A DNA stretch of 63,118 bases, the filler included, from Choristocarpus tenellus KU-1152 (taxonomy: Eukaryota; Protista; Phaeophyceae), in the NCBI GenBank assembly GCA_964200185.2. It is 12 parts of 12 records of this genome, joined end to end, with 100 filler letters (N's around TTAATTAATTAA, not from the genome) between each part and the next. Parts side by side here need not be neighbours in the genome. Positions count along the whole stretch, not along the records: positions 1 to 13,774 come from CAXNAD020001369.1; positions 13,875 to 16,880 come from CAXNAD020022990.1; positions 16,981 to 23,482 come from CAXNAD020007991.1; positions 23,583 to 26,281 come from CAXNAD020025538.1; positions 26,382 to 32,066 come from CAXNAD020010020.1; 7 more parts are not named here. One strand, 5' to 3'. Position 1 is the first letter of the stretch. Each line of letters begins with the position of its first letter. The notes under the pieces are model-generated. The model saw nothing but the letters and a program-made list of their open reading frames with translations. It was not told the DNA's origin and made no database searches. The position numbers and the translations under genes were made by a program. Below are positions 13,408 through 27,303 of the stretch, piece by piece.

Positions 13408-13774
13408 CTACAGCGCTTGAGCACAGAAAAACCAAAAAGTTACAACCCTTCAAACGAAGAAATTATATCACAGTTCGTTGTTTGTGTGAAAGTGTGATCT
13501 TGTATATTGTGGGTAAGGCGTTTCTGAGTAACATTTTTTCTCGTAGAAGCTACTAGTATAATATCAAGGTTGTGTAACATGATGTAGTTGTAAGCTACTG
13601 CTCTTTTGGTGGGTTTGTCGTATGGGTTTTCAATCGGTTGTACTCTTTTCCTTTCCCCTGGCTGTTGGTTTTGCGCTTGGCTTTTGGGTCAAGGGGCATG
13701 CTGCAAGCACTGTTGATGAGATCCCCACAAAAGATATAAGCAAACGGTACGCAAGGAGGAGGGCACGAAGACGG

Positions 13775-13874
13775 NNNNNNNNNNNNNNNNNNNNNNNNNN
13801 NNNNNNNNNNNNNNNNNNTTAATTAATTAANNNNNNNNNNNNNNNNNNNNNNNNNNNNNNNNNNNNNNNNNNNN
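13775..13874. other. Artificial contig spacer N44-TTAATTAATTAA-N44 (first of 11)
   Basis: Identical 100-nt spacers with stops in all six frames start at 13775, 16881, 23483, 26282, 32067, 37584, 45412, 48052, 51903, 54928 and 59871. Confidence 0.98.
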
Positions 13875-13962
13875 GTATGCAACCAAATAACCCAAAAATC
13901 ACGACATACAAAAATTGACCCCAAATGGACAGCCGCCACCCCCCTCCCAGATACTTTGAGCC
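13875..13962 (+). mobile_element. MITE family B, right half (contig start)
   Basis: Matches the 3' half of the full copies at 34734 and 51268 and ends in ...cccagatactttgagcc. Confidence 0.85.
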
Positions 13963-13963
13963 A

Positions 13964-13994
<31 letters not shown>

Positions 13995-14470
13995 TGAGTG
14001 TTTTGAAGTTTGTAGAAGGTTTATTTTGTTTTATTTGTGTTCCTAAGGGTGTTTCAAGTTGTGTAAATTGATTATTATTAGTGGTATGATGATTGTTGTT
14101 AGTGTTGTTAGTTTTTGTTTTTTAGAATGTTGGAGTTTTATTGTTGTGGACAGAGATGAGAGGGTCTACTCGTTGCTAAAAAAAATAAGATTTTTTTTTT
14201 GTCAAGTGAATGTGTTGTAGTGGGTTACAACTTTAGTTATTTTTTTATCGTAAAAGAGTCTAATGCAGTTTTCTATTGGTGCTTTTTGGAGTTGAGAGGA
14301 ATCTGTATTTTTTGCTTTTTATTTATAGGTCTGCAGGCCATTTTGAGGACAGTTGTATAATTCCTTAAGTGATATTATTATACTGTTACGGGCTCTCTCG
14401 TCTTGGCTTGTAAGTGTTGATGAGAGTGTGGGTAAATAGAGCAATTTTTATTAGTGAAAGTGTATTAGAG

Positions 14471-14490
14471 GGGTTAGGGTTAGGGTTAGG
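14471..14490 (+). repeat. Short interstitial (TTAGGG)n tract
   Basis: gggttagggttagggttagg. Similar degenerate tracts occur near 28431-28462, 50251-50285 and 50420-50467. Confidence 0.7.
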
Positions 14491-15638
14491 GGGTCAAATT
14501 TTGCCCTTTTGGGGGGGGGGGGGGGGAGGTCTTTTTTATCTTGTGTATTGTACACTATGCCTTTTTTTATCATGTTTAAAGCGAGGTTGAACCTAACCCT
14601 TGGGATTGTCTGATTGCCTGTGACATCACTATTCGCTAGAGACACCTTCCATAGTAGTACTGTAGACAGGCGTTGATCAAAGTGACAAAGAGGCGTTTGT
14701 GATTTGATCATTTCAGGGGGGGGGGGAGGGGTTGTTTTTAAGGGTTAGGGTTTTTCAAGTTAAAAAAAGAAAAAGAAGAGTTTTGAGGAGTGTTCTTAAA
14801 AGGAGTGGTGTCGACGTGGATAAGGATCGTTTTCTTGTGAAAGTTGTGTGTAGTCACAAGAACATGTGACAGTTGCAGTGCGCATCTCTTCGGGGGTGGG
14901 CTAGGTGCTCCAAGAACATGTGCCATCATGAGGTTGGAGTGGTGGTCCCTTCGAACTCAACTGTACCCTCTTCTTGACTATACCTTTTTTTGTCAAAACT
15001 GTGTTGACAGCCTCGAAAAGAGTGTTTGAAATCTGGTCATATTCTCTATTATTATTATTATTATTTCATTGAGAAAATGCAAACAATTTGGGAGGTTACC
15101 TGTCCCAATCTCGCCGCCAAGATGACCTCGAATCGATTTAGACTGATGGTACACGAATTGAATATGATCCAAGCCTTACCCAGATGTGTTCTAACTACAG
15201 TGTGTAATGACATAAACCTGTCTCTGGAACTTGCCTGTGAAAGATTTGTTTTAGAGTGGACCAAGGACCTCAAGGCTTGTTCCGTATGCTCTCCAGAGAG
15301 CCAAATAAATTAAATTAATTTGGTGGCTACGGAGTGATCGAGAATGACTCTGGGCTCTTGTAATATTTGGTCCTCTCTCAAGCAAGTTTATTTTTTTGCT
15401 CGTGTGATCGGAAGACGCGCGGTGACATCGTCGTCTTATTTTTTCTGTTGATTTTTTTCTTTTTTTGCCTGGTCTCTAACAAGAAATTGATAGTATAAAT
15501 AGTATACTGGACGAGAGGTTCTCATCAAACTTTTTTTTTTAAGCTGTGTATTAGAACTATCTTCCAACTCCTTCCCTTAGTTATTTTTGTTGTGCCCATA
15601 ATGACACATGCACACGCATGCATACCACACATCTATAG

Positions 15639-16755
15639 GAAACCTCTAAAGTGGAGTCCGGGGGTGGGGGGGGGGGAGGGGGGAGTTCCAAAAAGATGGA
15701 CGTGGATGAGGATGAGGACGAGGAGGAAGAGGAAGAGGATGGGGATGAGGAGGAGGAAGGGCTAGTAGAGAGGGATGGTAAGGAGGAGGCACGCCATTCT
15801 AGCATTTACAGCTCCAAGCTCACGTTGGAGGGGGCGGCGTCCAAGGTCCAGGTGAGGGGTTTGGTTGATATTGTCTTGGCGTGCTTTTATGTTTGTAACT
15901 GTTGTGTGTATTCATTGGATTTTGGTATTGGCGGAGTTTGGGTGAAAAGGAGTGCAATAGGACTGAGGTTTGCATAAGAATTTTCTGTCTTTTTTGTTGT
16001 TGAGTGTGTCCCGTAAGATTGATGAGTGTATTGGTGCAGCATGTCAACCGAGGCATCATTGTTGTTGCTTCCCTCCTTTCCCTCCCCCCCCCCCCCGCCC
16101 CCTTTTCTGCGCGCTTNNNNNNNNNNCTCCTCCTCCCCCCCCCCCTGGCCCCATTTCTGCTGAGTATATTTTAATAGATAGATATAGATGTATTCATCAT
16201 TTGCTTTTTAATATGTTCTTTCACCAGTAAGGGGACTGTGATGCTATTACTGTTTGGTTGATTGGTTTTCTTGACAGGCTGTCACACTTTAGTTCAGTGC
16301 ATGATTGAATGGCGGTTGGACTTTTGTTGTATGGAAAATCAATAGAAACAGGATCAACGTATGTGAGACGGACTTCGACCCCTCAGAAAGAAAGAAGAAT
16401 AACTGAATCAACTGAGAAGACTGAAAGAGATTGGAAATCTGCGCAACACAACAAATTTGGGGGAAACAAATAAATATATATACTAATAATAGTAATTAGT
16501 AAAATGCTTGAATTCGCTTTTTTTTTTTTAAGGAATGCGTTCTGTGTCACTCTTGATGTTGACAACAAACCACCCCATTAGGTGGGAGACCTGGACCTGA
16601 ACCTTGATGATGAAGATGAGGAGGAGGGTGAGATGGAGGAGGAGGAGAAGGGGGGTGTGGGGAGTGACGAGGGGGCAGCGGCACAGTGGTCGCAGGCACA
16701 GGAGGAGAAGAGGGAGAGGGAGCAGAGGGAGCTAGCTCGAAAGGCGAATGAGAAG
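15639..16755 (+). CDS. Two internal exons of an acidic (D/E-rich) protein, unidentified
   Basis: Exon 15639-15851 (tag|ETSKVES..KKMDVDEDEDEEEEEE..AASKVQ|gtgagg) and exon 16582-16755 (tag|VGDLDLNLDDEDEEE..RELARKANEK|gtgggg) are both phase 0. Confidence 0.65.
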
Positions 16756-19290
16756 GTGGGGTGGATGGGTGGATGGATGGTGGGTGGTTCTTTTTTGCTG
16801 GGGGGGGGGGGGGACTGGGGAGATAGGATGTGAGATTCATGGTACATAGTATTATCCATGCATTTGGGTATATACATATANNNNNNNNNNNNNNNNNNNN
16901 NNNNNNNNNNNNNNNNNNNNNNNNTTAATTAATTAANNNNNNNNNNNNNNNNNNNNNNNNNNNNNNNNNNNNNNNNNNNNCCCCCCCCAGATACTTTGAC
17001 CCTTATCACACTATGATATGAAAGGATGGTACACGATTGGACAAACACACCAGCTGCTACTAATTGAACAACGCAACCGAGACTGAAAGGCTTGTTCTCG
17101 TCTCTTCTCTCTCCCTCTCTCTGTCCCCATGATCATAGATAAACGAAAAATGATCCAAACTCTTGTCTGTAACTGCGAAATACAGAGTGCAACAACAAAG
17201 ATAAAAAATCAAAAGCATCAAAAGATTTCACTTCCGTCACTAAGAACAAAACATGCCTTCAGTGGCCTCAAGACTCATCACAAGAATGCCTCCCTATCTG
17301 TGGTTACTGCAACAGACAAGGTCTCCTACACACAATACAAAAGTAATGTTGTTGGGGCTGAATATATATTTCCACGGATATTTTCATACGAAACAAAATG
17401 TTCTTGGTATAAATTTGCACAAATTACATTAGACCTCTATTCATTGGATACACGCATATGGTTCAAAGAAGATCAATGTGCTCATCTATGTATACAAGAA
17501 AGAGAGGCAGTTGGGTGAGGGAAAGATTATCAATTGTAAAGACTTCTACCATGTACAGGGAACAAGAATGTTTTCCTTACCGATACCGAATTTAAACTAT
17601 CATGTTACATACTTCATGTTCTTAGTACAAATACTACGGTATTCATACCACAAAGAATATTCCAATATTGTTCCTCAACCCCTCTCACATATACTACACT
17701 CAAGAAGTACCCTGGAGCAGAGAAGAAAAATAGAGTACAACCCAAAATTCGACCCATCAAATCATATAGGGAGTCAATTTAGACCCTTTCTTTTTGACTG
17801 AGTTTTTTTAAACCTCCTGCATGGCAATCTATTCCCATCCCTAACATGCAGCTAAACCTATCCCTTAGAAGCAACTGGCAGTAGAAGAGAAGATAAAACA
17901 TGAGTTCACAAAATTGTGAAGTCACCCTTCAGAGTGATAGAAGCACATGTACCAGAATAGAGTCACAAGGACAACCCCAACTACTCAATGAGACATCCCC
18001 CTCTAAGATAAGACCACTTCTTCACACGAGAAGGTCTTTCCACCGTATATTTCAATCAAGTACAAACTAAGTGATCGGTTTCGTGATGGCGGTTTTCAAA
18101 GACACGATACAGCAACATGTCTACTCCATACACTCCAGTAGGAGTACCTTTAACTCGGTAGTTTACAATAGGTCTTACCATGATAAAGCTACTCATCACA
18201 CAAATGTAAAGGAATCATCCTGCCTTTTTCTAGTGCTGTTTTGATATACCCCATTTTGGGGCATCCTCATTCAAATCACCCCCTTTCCTACTCAATCAGT
18301 TTGTTCATGACATACCACGAAAATGAAAAATATGAGGTAGAAATAAAATATGAAAAATCAGTAAAAAAGGATTACAACAACTGTTTCTACTGTAGTGTTC
18401 ACTAAAAACCACGACATTTACAAACTTTCACACAATTTTTTTCAATACAAAATAGAAAAAGATTATTAAAACAAGATCCACCAATAAACCTCAAGAGTTG
18501 TGAACCAAGTGGATGAGCAATTTCCAATTATAAATAGTTCAGCTATTGATTACAGCCTGTGAATATCAAAGGATTATTTTGATCCTTACGAGATGGCAAG
18601 CACCACAGCCACAACAGAAGATAGTCCTCTTGCCTGGCAACCCCCCCCAGAGGAAAAACATGGCGAGGCTAACAATGTATGTGTGAAAACTTGAGTCATT
18701 ACATACACACAACACAAACAGGAACATTCGGAGGCGTTTACAGGTGACACACCTAGATGACTCACAGAATAATGCCACAATCAGTCGAGAAATAATCCAT
18801 ATAAATTTTAATCGTGATTGGTCAGATTAGAATCAGGCTAATAATCAGCTCCAGATGAAAGCAATAATAATAAGCTCCCACTACCACAAAAATACAGATG
18901 TTCTCACTGAAAAAAAATTGTCAAACAAAAAAACACTTCCAAGTGCAGGTCTTGATAAATACTGTATAGTACAGTACAGTAAGTACATTGATTGGTGGTG
19001 ACAAAGCAATTACCTTCCCTCCATCTCTTGCTCCTTAAGAGAGTCAGTTATTATTTACAAGCACTGCAGTTATGCCAACCATCACCATCAAAGCCACTAC
19101 CCTAGAGTATATTCCAGTGATGGTTAGGGTCATCATCTGTGATGCAATCTCTTTATCACTGTGATCACCCCCTTGAGGGTTCTCCTCTCTGGTAACATCA
19201 AGAGGTTCATGGTTTTTGGTCAATAGGCGCAAAATATGGAGAGGAAAGCATTGCAGGAAACCATCAAAATAATCCAAATCACCCAGGCAA

Positions 19291-19552
19291 GGGTCAAAGT
19301 ATCTTAGAGGGCAGAGCCGTGTCCGTTTGGGGACGAAGATCCAATGTTGTTATACGGATGTGATTTTGACTATCGTGCTTGCTAGGAAGTGTGAATATCC
19401 TTGTTACAGACACACCTTTGCATAGCGTACACATTCTTGCCTACTACGAAATGTTTCGGAGTGGGTAGAATGTCATAAAAAAAAAACGTGGGAAGCCAAG
19501 CCCCAAACGCACGAACAGGGAAAAACTCCTACCCTCCAAGATACTTTCACTC
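19291..19552 (+). mobile_element. MITE family A (~260 bp), full copy, TSD CAA
   Basis: TIRs gggtcaaagtatcttagaggg ... accctccaagatactttcactc, flanked by caa on both sides. Confidence 0.9.
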
Positions 19553-21848
19553 CAAGCATAGGTGTAAGATTCTCGGTCACAACTTGAAAGTATCACACAA
19601 ATTTAAATGTCTAGTCAATTCATACTCACACAAAGTGAAGTACAAACAAATTAATTCCTTCAAAGTGATTAATACACTCATCGATATCACTTCCCAATTA
19701 CAATTACACTCAAACAAAAGGCTCGAGGTCTGGAGTTCCATTGTGTATCCACCCAACATGTCAGAGAGACATCTATCTAATAAACAACACTCCTGAGATG
19801 TATACCAGCCCCCTACCCACACGCCTTCCTATAGACGTGCAACTAGTCCTGTGCCGAGCGGTATTGGTGATTTGTGATTTATGGTTTGTCAAGGGTGAAG
19901 GGCGGAGTCAAACGTCTCTAAAAAAAAGCAGAAATATAAAATGTAAAAAAGCAGGAGCTTGGAAAGGTGGAGCCGGAGTGACAAAGTGTGGAGACATCAA
20001 GGATGAAAAAGAAAGGCTCCAAACTGGTATGAAATACTCTTCCCAAAGAGATTGGAGATTGAACATGACAACCTAATGAGGTGTATCCCTGGGAGTGTCC
20101 ATGCGGTAAGGACCAACATGCAGACCAAGAGTACTTTGAATGTCCCATTTTGACAATGGAGTGCATTTACTCATAGTTGTGTTTGGAGTTAGACTATACT
20201 ACAATATAACCTCACAACACATTTTCAGAAACCCCGCTAAATCAGACTGAGTTTCCATTTTAAAACAAAATCAACTTCCACGCTTTCAATAATGGAAACT
20301 ACAGCATTGGTTGTTGGATGTACAACTCGAGAGGTTAGTTACCTCTTCTTCTCCTTCTACCGTCATTGTGCTCTATTGTGATGTATTATTTTTGAAATAG
20401 TCCAACAGGTCTCGGACATGACATGACATGTGGTAAGACCCTCAGTACCAACTAGCACAAGAAAACAAGAACAAAAATCTATATTTTGTAGAATAACAAA
20501 AAATGGAAAAATGAAATTATGCAGAAATTTACTCTTACAAACAAAAATAAATGCATGAGGTGTCACAAGTCAAGAATTTTAGATACACGTTGATTTCCTT
20601 CTCAACTACACAGCAAGATAATAGTACATAAAACATGCATTCTCCCATAGTTTTCTCAAATGGAAAGTTGAGGAGTAGGTCAGCAAAAAAGGGCACTTGG
20701 GGGAAAAGGGACTAGTGGACTGAACATTAGAAATATCTGATTGCTCGCTTCTAGAAAATGGCAGCTAGCATAAGGCATCTTGCTGACGGTACAGAGCATA
20801 CAATATAAATGTAATCAGCTTTCTCAGAGATTCGTGCTGCACTGCCCAACAAAATCGGCCTTGATAGACAGTTGGATTGGGGACGGGGGAGAGGAGGGGA
20901 GGGGCAAGAGAGTGACAAATACCCAATTTCGATCATTTGAAGCGCAAAATAGGAGTGATTATAATCGTACCAAGACTGAATTTCTGCCTTCAAAATACAC
21001 ATAAAAATGAAAAAATCTGAAAATAAAATGATGTGTTCAGGCTTAGCCTACAACACGTCTCTTACATGCCAACAGCAGGCAGTTAAGGACTTTTTATGGA
21101 ACTGACAGTTACCCAGAACACCTCGCAGGACCGGGGCCACAGGCAAGCTTACGGACTCGTTCAGTTACAATCTCTCTGACACACACCACTAAACAATGTT
21201 TCACCAGGGCTAGCCTATAACCCAGACCAGACTGGTTAATATCTGAGAGAGTACTAGACCGACCAGCTCTATTAAAAGATTCTTCACCAACGCCAACCTG
21301 GTGCCCCGTCCGGTTTTAAATCTCTGACGACCCAGGAATTGTCCTGATAAACACACCTTACAAAGGTTATCGGCATGGTATGGTGACTTTGCCCAGTCCA
21401 GTGGAAATTCCTACGTGCAAAGCTCCGTGATTCATAGACACATGACTCCAGAGCACACCTAACATATATGTAAGTATCAACATTGACATCCTTGGGTACA
21501 TGGCTAGGTAGGTAGGTAGGTTGGTAAGAAGACAGACGGGTTAAGCCCAGAGCAACGAAAAATAAGAAACAAATTGTTGCCGATCGTCTTCACCTCAGGA
21601 GTACACTCACATTATTTTATTGTTTTGTGCACTATTCTCTCTAACTACAGCTGCACCTTTCTAAAATCGTCCTCCAAAACATGTACAGATTATATATGTT
21701 AAATACAATAGTACACATATTGTCTGACACACCTGTAGTATGAGCACCCACAGTAAATGGGTTAGTTGAAAAAATACCAAGTTTCTTGCCATGCTATCGT
21801 CACGTGTACTTGGACCATGTATCAATATCAGTATCCGTATCAGTATCC

Positions 21849-22033
21849 GTATCAGTATCAGTATCCCTGCAGTGTCCCTGCACTGTCGGTTTCATTCGAT
21901 TGATGAGCTTTAGCTCAGGCCTAGAGCTAAGGCTGAAGCTACGAGTGGAGCTAGGGCTAGGGCTACGGCTAGGACTACGGCTAGGGCTAGGGTTTGGGCT
22001 ACGGTTAGTCCTGATTATGAGCAATTTTATATA
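21849..22033 (+). repeat. Repeat unit with (CAGTAT)n and degenerate telomere-like (CTAGGG/CTACGG)n hexamers, copy 1
   Basis: Collinear with 22747-22944: cagtatccctgcag...ttcgattga...gctagggtttgggcta.ggttag.cctgattatgag.aattt. Confidence 0.8.
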
Positions 22034-22746
22034 GACGGCATCCATCCAGTTGATTGCATATGGTCGTTCATGTATTATTCGTGTTGCCACCTGAGGAAAA
22101 AACAAACAAAAAAAATCTCCCACAGTACCTTCTGTATGTACTTAGGAATGTATGGAGATGACAACGAACTATACTTGACTAATGCAGTACAGTAAACGTC
22201 ACCAATGTATGTTTGCGTATTTGAGTCGTGGTTGGTTGCCATTGTTACTCTCCCCCTCCAACAACGACCACCGCCTCTTCGCCTGTTTTGTGAGTTGTGT
22301 GATAACCAGCAGGTCGAAAGAGAGATACCAGGTGTAGCAAAAAAATATTGTTGCAGCTAGGTAGCTGTGGCACAGGAGGGAGAGGCGACCTCAGGGTGGG
22401 GTGTCCCTAACCGGACCAGCTGACCAGGGGGGGCAGCGTGGCTATGGAAATGATCAGTGCTGCTACCAGCCGGTTCTTAGTGCTGCCGTAGTCAATCATG
22501 AATGAGTAGTCACTGCACCAAATGGGTATAGACGGAGATTAGACTGAGCAGTTGAAACGATAATCGTCGTTCTGTGGATGGGTCAAGTGTCAGGTTGGAA
22601 AACGCCTGCTAGGTGAGGGAGCTTGACCGGCGCAATAACAGCATACCGTATTGATGTGTGGGATTCTCTCGTGTGTGCTACTACACACACGTAAAGTACT
22701 ATTATTCGTGGTCTTCAATTCTTCTATGCAGTATCCCTACAGTACC

Positions 22747-22944
22747 AGTATCAGTATCCCTGCAGTTTCCCTGCAGGGTGGGTCTGATTCGATTGACAAG
22801 CTCCAGGTCAGGTCTCGATCTACGGCTGGAGCTATGGATAGAGCTACGGCTAGAGCTTCAGCTACGGCTATGGCTACGACTTGGGCTTGGGCTATAGCTA
22901 GGGTTTGGGCTAGGGTTAGCCCTGATTATGAGAAATTTGTTATA
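22747..22944 (+). repeat. Copy 2 of the hexamer-containing repeat unit
   Basis: Diverged direct repeat of 21849-22033. Confidence 0.8.
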
Positions 22945-23627
22945 TGTGAAACTGATACTTGCAATTGCTTGCAAAGGACCCATGAAACCTTTCTAAAGTG
23001 ACTAACCTGGGTCTTTGTGAGGTGTGAATACGTCTCTTGGAAGCTTTGATTGGTTGAGGTTTAAGGTTTGGTAATGGTCCCAATTACCGTCTGTAGTGTG
23101 GGGTCTGGGGCACGTGGCTTATTTTTTATATCTGTTGAAGTGTCCGTGGTGGTGCTAGGAGGTCGACCTTCTTTCAGCTGCCCTGGTCGCTAAATCGGAA
23201 GACTTTCGTGAGAAAGATGAAATTCACGAGAACAATTGTAATGAGAGATTATATCAATGAGTATCGAGTTGAAGCTGAGTTTGGTTGGTCAAATGAAGTG
23301 ACTGGAATCATGTATGTGTGAATGGTTTAAGCCTTGACATTGAAGGCGAATATTGTTGCAGTAAATGGTAATGAAAAATGTATACATCGTGGATGGGTAT
23401 GGGTTTGAAGGAATGGATTGTTCGATTAGACTCTTCCAACTCTATCGGACAGTTACGGTAAATTATTTATGGAGTAATGGAANNNNNNNNNNNNNNNNNN
23501 NNNNNNNNNNNNNNNNNNNNNNNNNNTTAATTAATTAANNNNNNNNNNNNNNNNNNNNNNNNNNNNNNNNNNNNNNNNNNNNGTGTGGGGGTGGGGGGGG
23601 GTGGTGGGGGGGGGGATGGGGTGGGGT

Positions 23628-23661
<34 letters not shown>

Positions 23662-23801
23662 CTTTGCGTTGGCGGCCAGGTACAAACTCTTATTTCTTGT
23701 TATTTCCTGAACAACCTATTTGTTCTCGTTGCAGCCATACCTACCTGCCTGTCCATCATTATTCCACCTTTTTAAACGTGTGTGTCTCCTTCCAAATCCA
23801 G

Positions 23802-23917
23802 GCTCGATGGGAGGCTATTTCACTTTTACACCAGGAACCCTGGCCTCCCCAACAGGACCTGAGTTCCGAGTGCGTGTCCCGACATTCCAGTTGGTGATGC
23901 CGGAGTTCATATTCTAA
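23802..23917 (+). CDS. Terminal exon of an ApaG-domain protein (SKIP16/FBXO3-like F-box family)
   Basis: After a pyrimidine tract and cag| it reads (G)SMGGYFTFTPGTLASPTGPEFRVRVPTFQLVMPEFIF*. This resembles the plant SKIP16-type ApaG C-terminus (GS.EGSFTFVPG.L.DPKG..FEV.V..FPL.LPDYIF, recalled from memory). Confidence 0.75.
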
Positions 23918-25942
23918 GGGAAGGGGGCGCATGAAATTGGAGAAGTTGAGGCGTTGTTGTCAAAATGCCATTGAAGGGAAGACGGAAGTAGTAGGCATGC
24001 ATGGTTGGCAATTTAGAGAACCGTTGCTGTGCAATTGTAAATGTTGATTTTTTGTTTCTTGCCTCGTGATTTGTTCACGAGGTGAAGGGAGTGAGGGGAG
24101 TGAGGGGAGTGATCAAAGCTGTGCCTCTGATGTCGGATTATGTCTTGATGTGTGAGGAGAGCCAAAGTTGTGATGCTGGGTACCAATGGTGTAGACATCG
24201 TGCAGGGGGGTATATGCTGTTTTCTGGGCTAATCAAGAAGTGCATGTATCATCTTCTTAGCTTTTCTTCGATTAATGGCAGAGTTGGCATATCTGACCAT
24301 GCTAGTTGTAGAGGAAAGCTGAATAGACTGCAGAGTATTGCAGCTGTAGTGCTGTAACAAGTGGTAGACTTGTTAACATGGTCATTTTTTTTCTTGCTAC
24401 CTAGTGCATTCGCATTGCTGAGCTGATGCATCATGTCTACAGCAGACAAGAATGCATGCAGTAAAGGAACCCATATGCTCAAGGTTTTTTAATCAGTTCA
24501 GATGATGTTTAGATGTATGGATTAGGTTTGTGGTTATGTGCTTGCCACACACTTTGTCATCCATTGCATTAGAGCAACAGACTCTACAATATATTTGTAC
24601 AGAGCGGTGGATGCCCTCTTTCCAATACGTAATAAATTGTTCTTATAATGCCACGAAGCCCGAGGTAGAATTCCACTTGAAAAGGCGCTGTGACGTCATC
24701 CTCCAGACAAGAAAGCCAACATGTCCATCATTCCATGGAAGGGCACTGCATGTGTGTGGAAGCGAAGTTATCCTTGTACTGCTATAGAGCTATGGACAAT
24801 GCCGAAGAAGGAGGGTATACTCCCATTTCTTTCTTTTTTTCGAAATTTGTGCTGGTGAGCAGGTTCAGGAAGCCCGGCTCATGTAGGACCTCTCAAATCT
24901 AAGTTGTTACTTAAAGGTCTACAAATGATAACTCATCGTTGCACATGACTTGCCCAATGCCACGGATTGTGTGTGGATGAGTTTGTGTGGCACAAATAGT
25001 TCATACTCTATTGTCATAGGGGCTACGAAAATTTCTTCGTTTAGTTTGGTACCCAATATTCAGTTTTATAATGTGCTGTGTGTGGCACAAATCACGCAGT
25101 GTTATTCTTCGTAGCAGAACGACAAGGATATTCCCCTATGTATCAATGGTATGTATCAACCAATGAACCTGTCATAAGTCATCCCGTAAGAAGATGTGTT
25201 TCAGAGGAGAGAAAAGGGCAGACATAGTTTGCCAAGCTGACAGAGAGTCCTTGACATAGAGCAAGTGAACAATTATCATGTGTGGTACATACCTACCTTC
25301 AGTTTGTGTGAAATATTGAACAGTACTTCACGTCTTCATAATGATGGGAACTGTGTACTAGTCTAGATTCGTACCATACAACATTCACGAACATTCATAA
25401 CTGGAGCATGTCATACCGATGAAGGCAAAGGCTATGGGACGGACTGCAGAGATGAAAATCGAAGGCTTGTGGTCACCTTTTTGGAGTAGTGACGTCAAAA
25501 AAATATAGTAGTAATTATTCTATTTATATATTATGGGTGAGTTAAAGTGAACGAGAGGTGCTCAGGTTTTGATGGTTTTGTATTATTTGGTAGTTTTACT
25601 TACTTTCTGCAATTCACCCATGTTTCTACAGGTGTGGTGTTACAGGCGAATAGCACGAGCATTTATTCTTGTGTTCTAGCAAGCGCAAGCAGTATACGAA
25701 ATTAGTAGCACATAGGTAGCCTTACAGAAGAAATGCTGATTTCTTAGAAGATGCAGAGTAAGATCGTAATGCATAGGTAACCTTACAGAAAAAAACGTCA
25801 GATTCCTAGAAGTTGCAGAGTAAAGGTTTATGATTGGAGTATGTATATACAGCAGTTTGTAGATGTCTTTTACCCCATAGTCTGAAGAAAACAGGTGGAT
25901 GATGATGATATAAAAAGGGCTTTTGGAAACCTTCCATCACCC

Positions 25943-26070
25943 CTCTTTCAGTCTTTATCTTGAGTGAAACATTAGTCAAGCTTTGAGCTAAGCACTGAGT
26001 GAAGCATCGAGAGAAGATTATCTGACACCCAAGAACCTGTCATCAAGGGCAACGCCCCCATAGTGTCATT
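25943..26070 (+). repeat. Dispersed repeat; second copy inverted at ~53217-53344
   Basis: The core gtcaagctttgagctaagcact.agtgaagcatc.agagaaga is shared with the reverse complement of ~53270-53312, and similarity extends on both sides. Confidence 0.75.
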
Positions 26071-27303
26071 GAATTTGAGTTGCACATCCCGTGGAGGTGA
26101 GATTTGGAGCGTATTGTGACATAGAGGTCCTACCGAGACTCTCTTCAAACTGGAGAGAATACTCAGTATTCACCTCAGCACTTAGGATTCTTGGTAGCTT
26201 CCTACGATAGCCTGGATATTTTTTTCTACTTGGGTTTGTGGTCTTCATTGACTCAAATTATCTGGGGAGGGGGATGGTTTGNNNNNNNNNNNNNNNNNNN
26301 NNNNNNNNNNNNNNNNNNNNNNNNNTTAATTAATTAANNNNNNNNNNNNNNNNNNNNNNNNNNNNNNNNNNNNNNNNNNNNTTTCTGAGGGTGACACAGA
26401 TGTGTGAAACTCCTCACACCCAGCACCAACATTTCTAGTGGTAGTGGTGTGAGCTACTCTTCAAGCAGTGCCAGAAACATCCCCACTCTTTCTAATACTC
26501 TTGAGGGTAGGGGAGTGGCTGACCTTTGATTACTGTGGGGTGGATTGGGCTGCACCCAAGCGACTTTATCTTCCCTCCTGTCCATGAGTAAGACACTGAC
26601 CCGGGCCACCAGGCTGCCGTGATATGGACCCATTACCATGCTTAGCATCCATTTGCTCAGTTAGAGTGTCATGGCATCATTGTTGCTGCTGGTGTTTTGG
26701 AGGTAATGGAGCTACCCCTGATCGACTCACAAGGAAAATTTGATCTCGCTGGGTGTTAACGCCTCCTTAGGTTTATTGTTCACGTCAGTATCCCACACAA
26801 CAACTTAGCTGGCACAGGGTTTCCAGTTTCGAGTCTTCTCCCAACACTAAGTTGGAATGGATTGATTCAACTGAGTAGTCATCCGTGTGAAGTGTTCTAT
26901 TAAAAGAGAGCCGTTGTTTAGAGAGACAAACATCATTAGCAGGCAGTGGACGCATTCCTCGTTTTGGTTAGATGTTTCAAGTGGGGCTCGAACTCCCCTC
27001 TTTCTGAAGTCCTTTCTATCTATCAGTCTCCGAGACCGTAGTCAGCTCTAGTCCAGAGCATCCAGGTCCGTCTCCGTCTGAAGTGACTGTTCTTGCCATC
27101 AATGTTGTCAACACAGTTGGCGCTAAGGGAGCAACAGGCAGGGTGCCCATCTCCATGATGTTCTTGAAGTTTATTGTTTATACTGGAGTGATGATGTCTC
27201 CTTGTGGGGGTGTATGAGCGGTAAGAACATTTCATTTTTTTTCTTCTGGGCATTACCCTTACACCCTTACCCTTTCCACTTGCTCTAACCCTAATCCAAT
27301 CAG

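Noticed and set aside
13819-13830. Recurring TTAATTAATTAA palindrome
   Set aside because: It is always centred in 88 Ns, so it is an artificial six-frame-stop contig linker.
21034-21353. Possible solo LTR (TGTTCAGG...CCTGATAAACA with TATA-like and ATTAAA motifs)
   Set aside because: There is no matching target-site duplication and no second copy in the window.
21800-22123. ORF with SR-like SPSRSPSR and DTDTDT repeats
   Set aside because: It is a by-product of hexamer microsatellites, with no splice or homology support.
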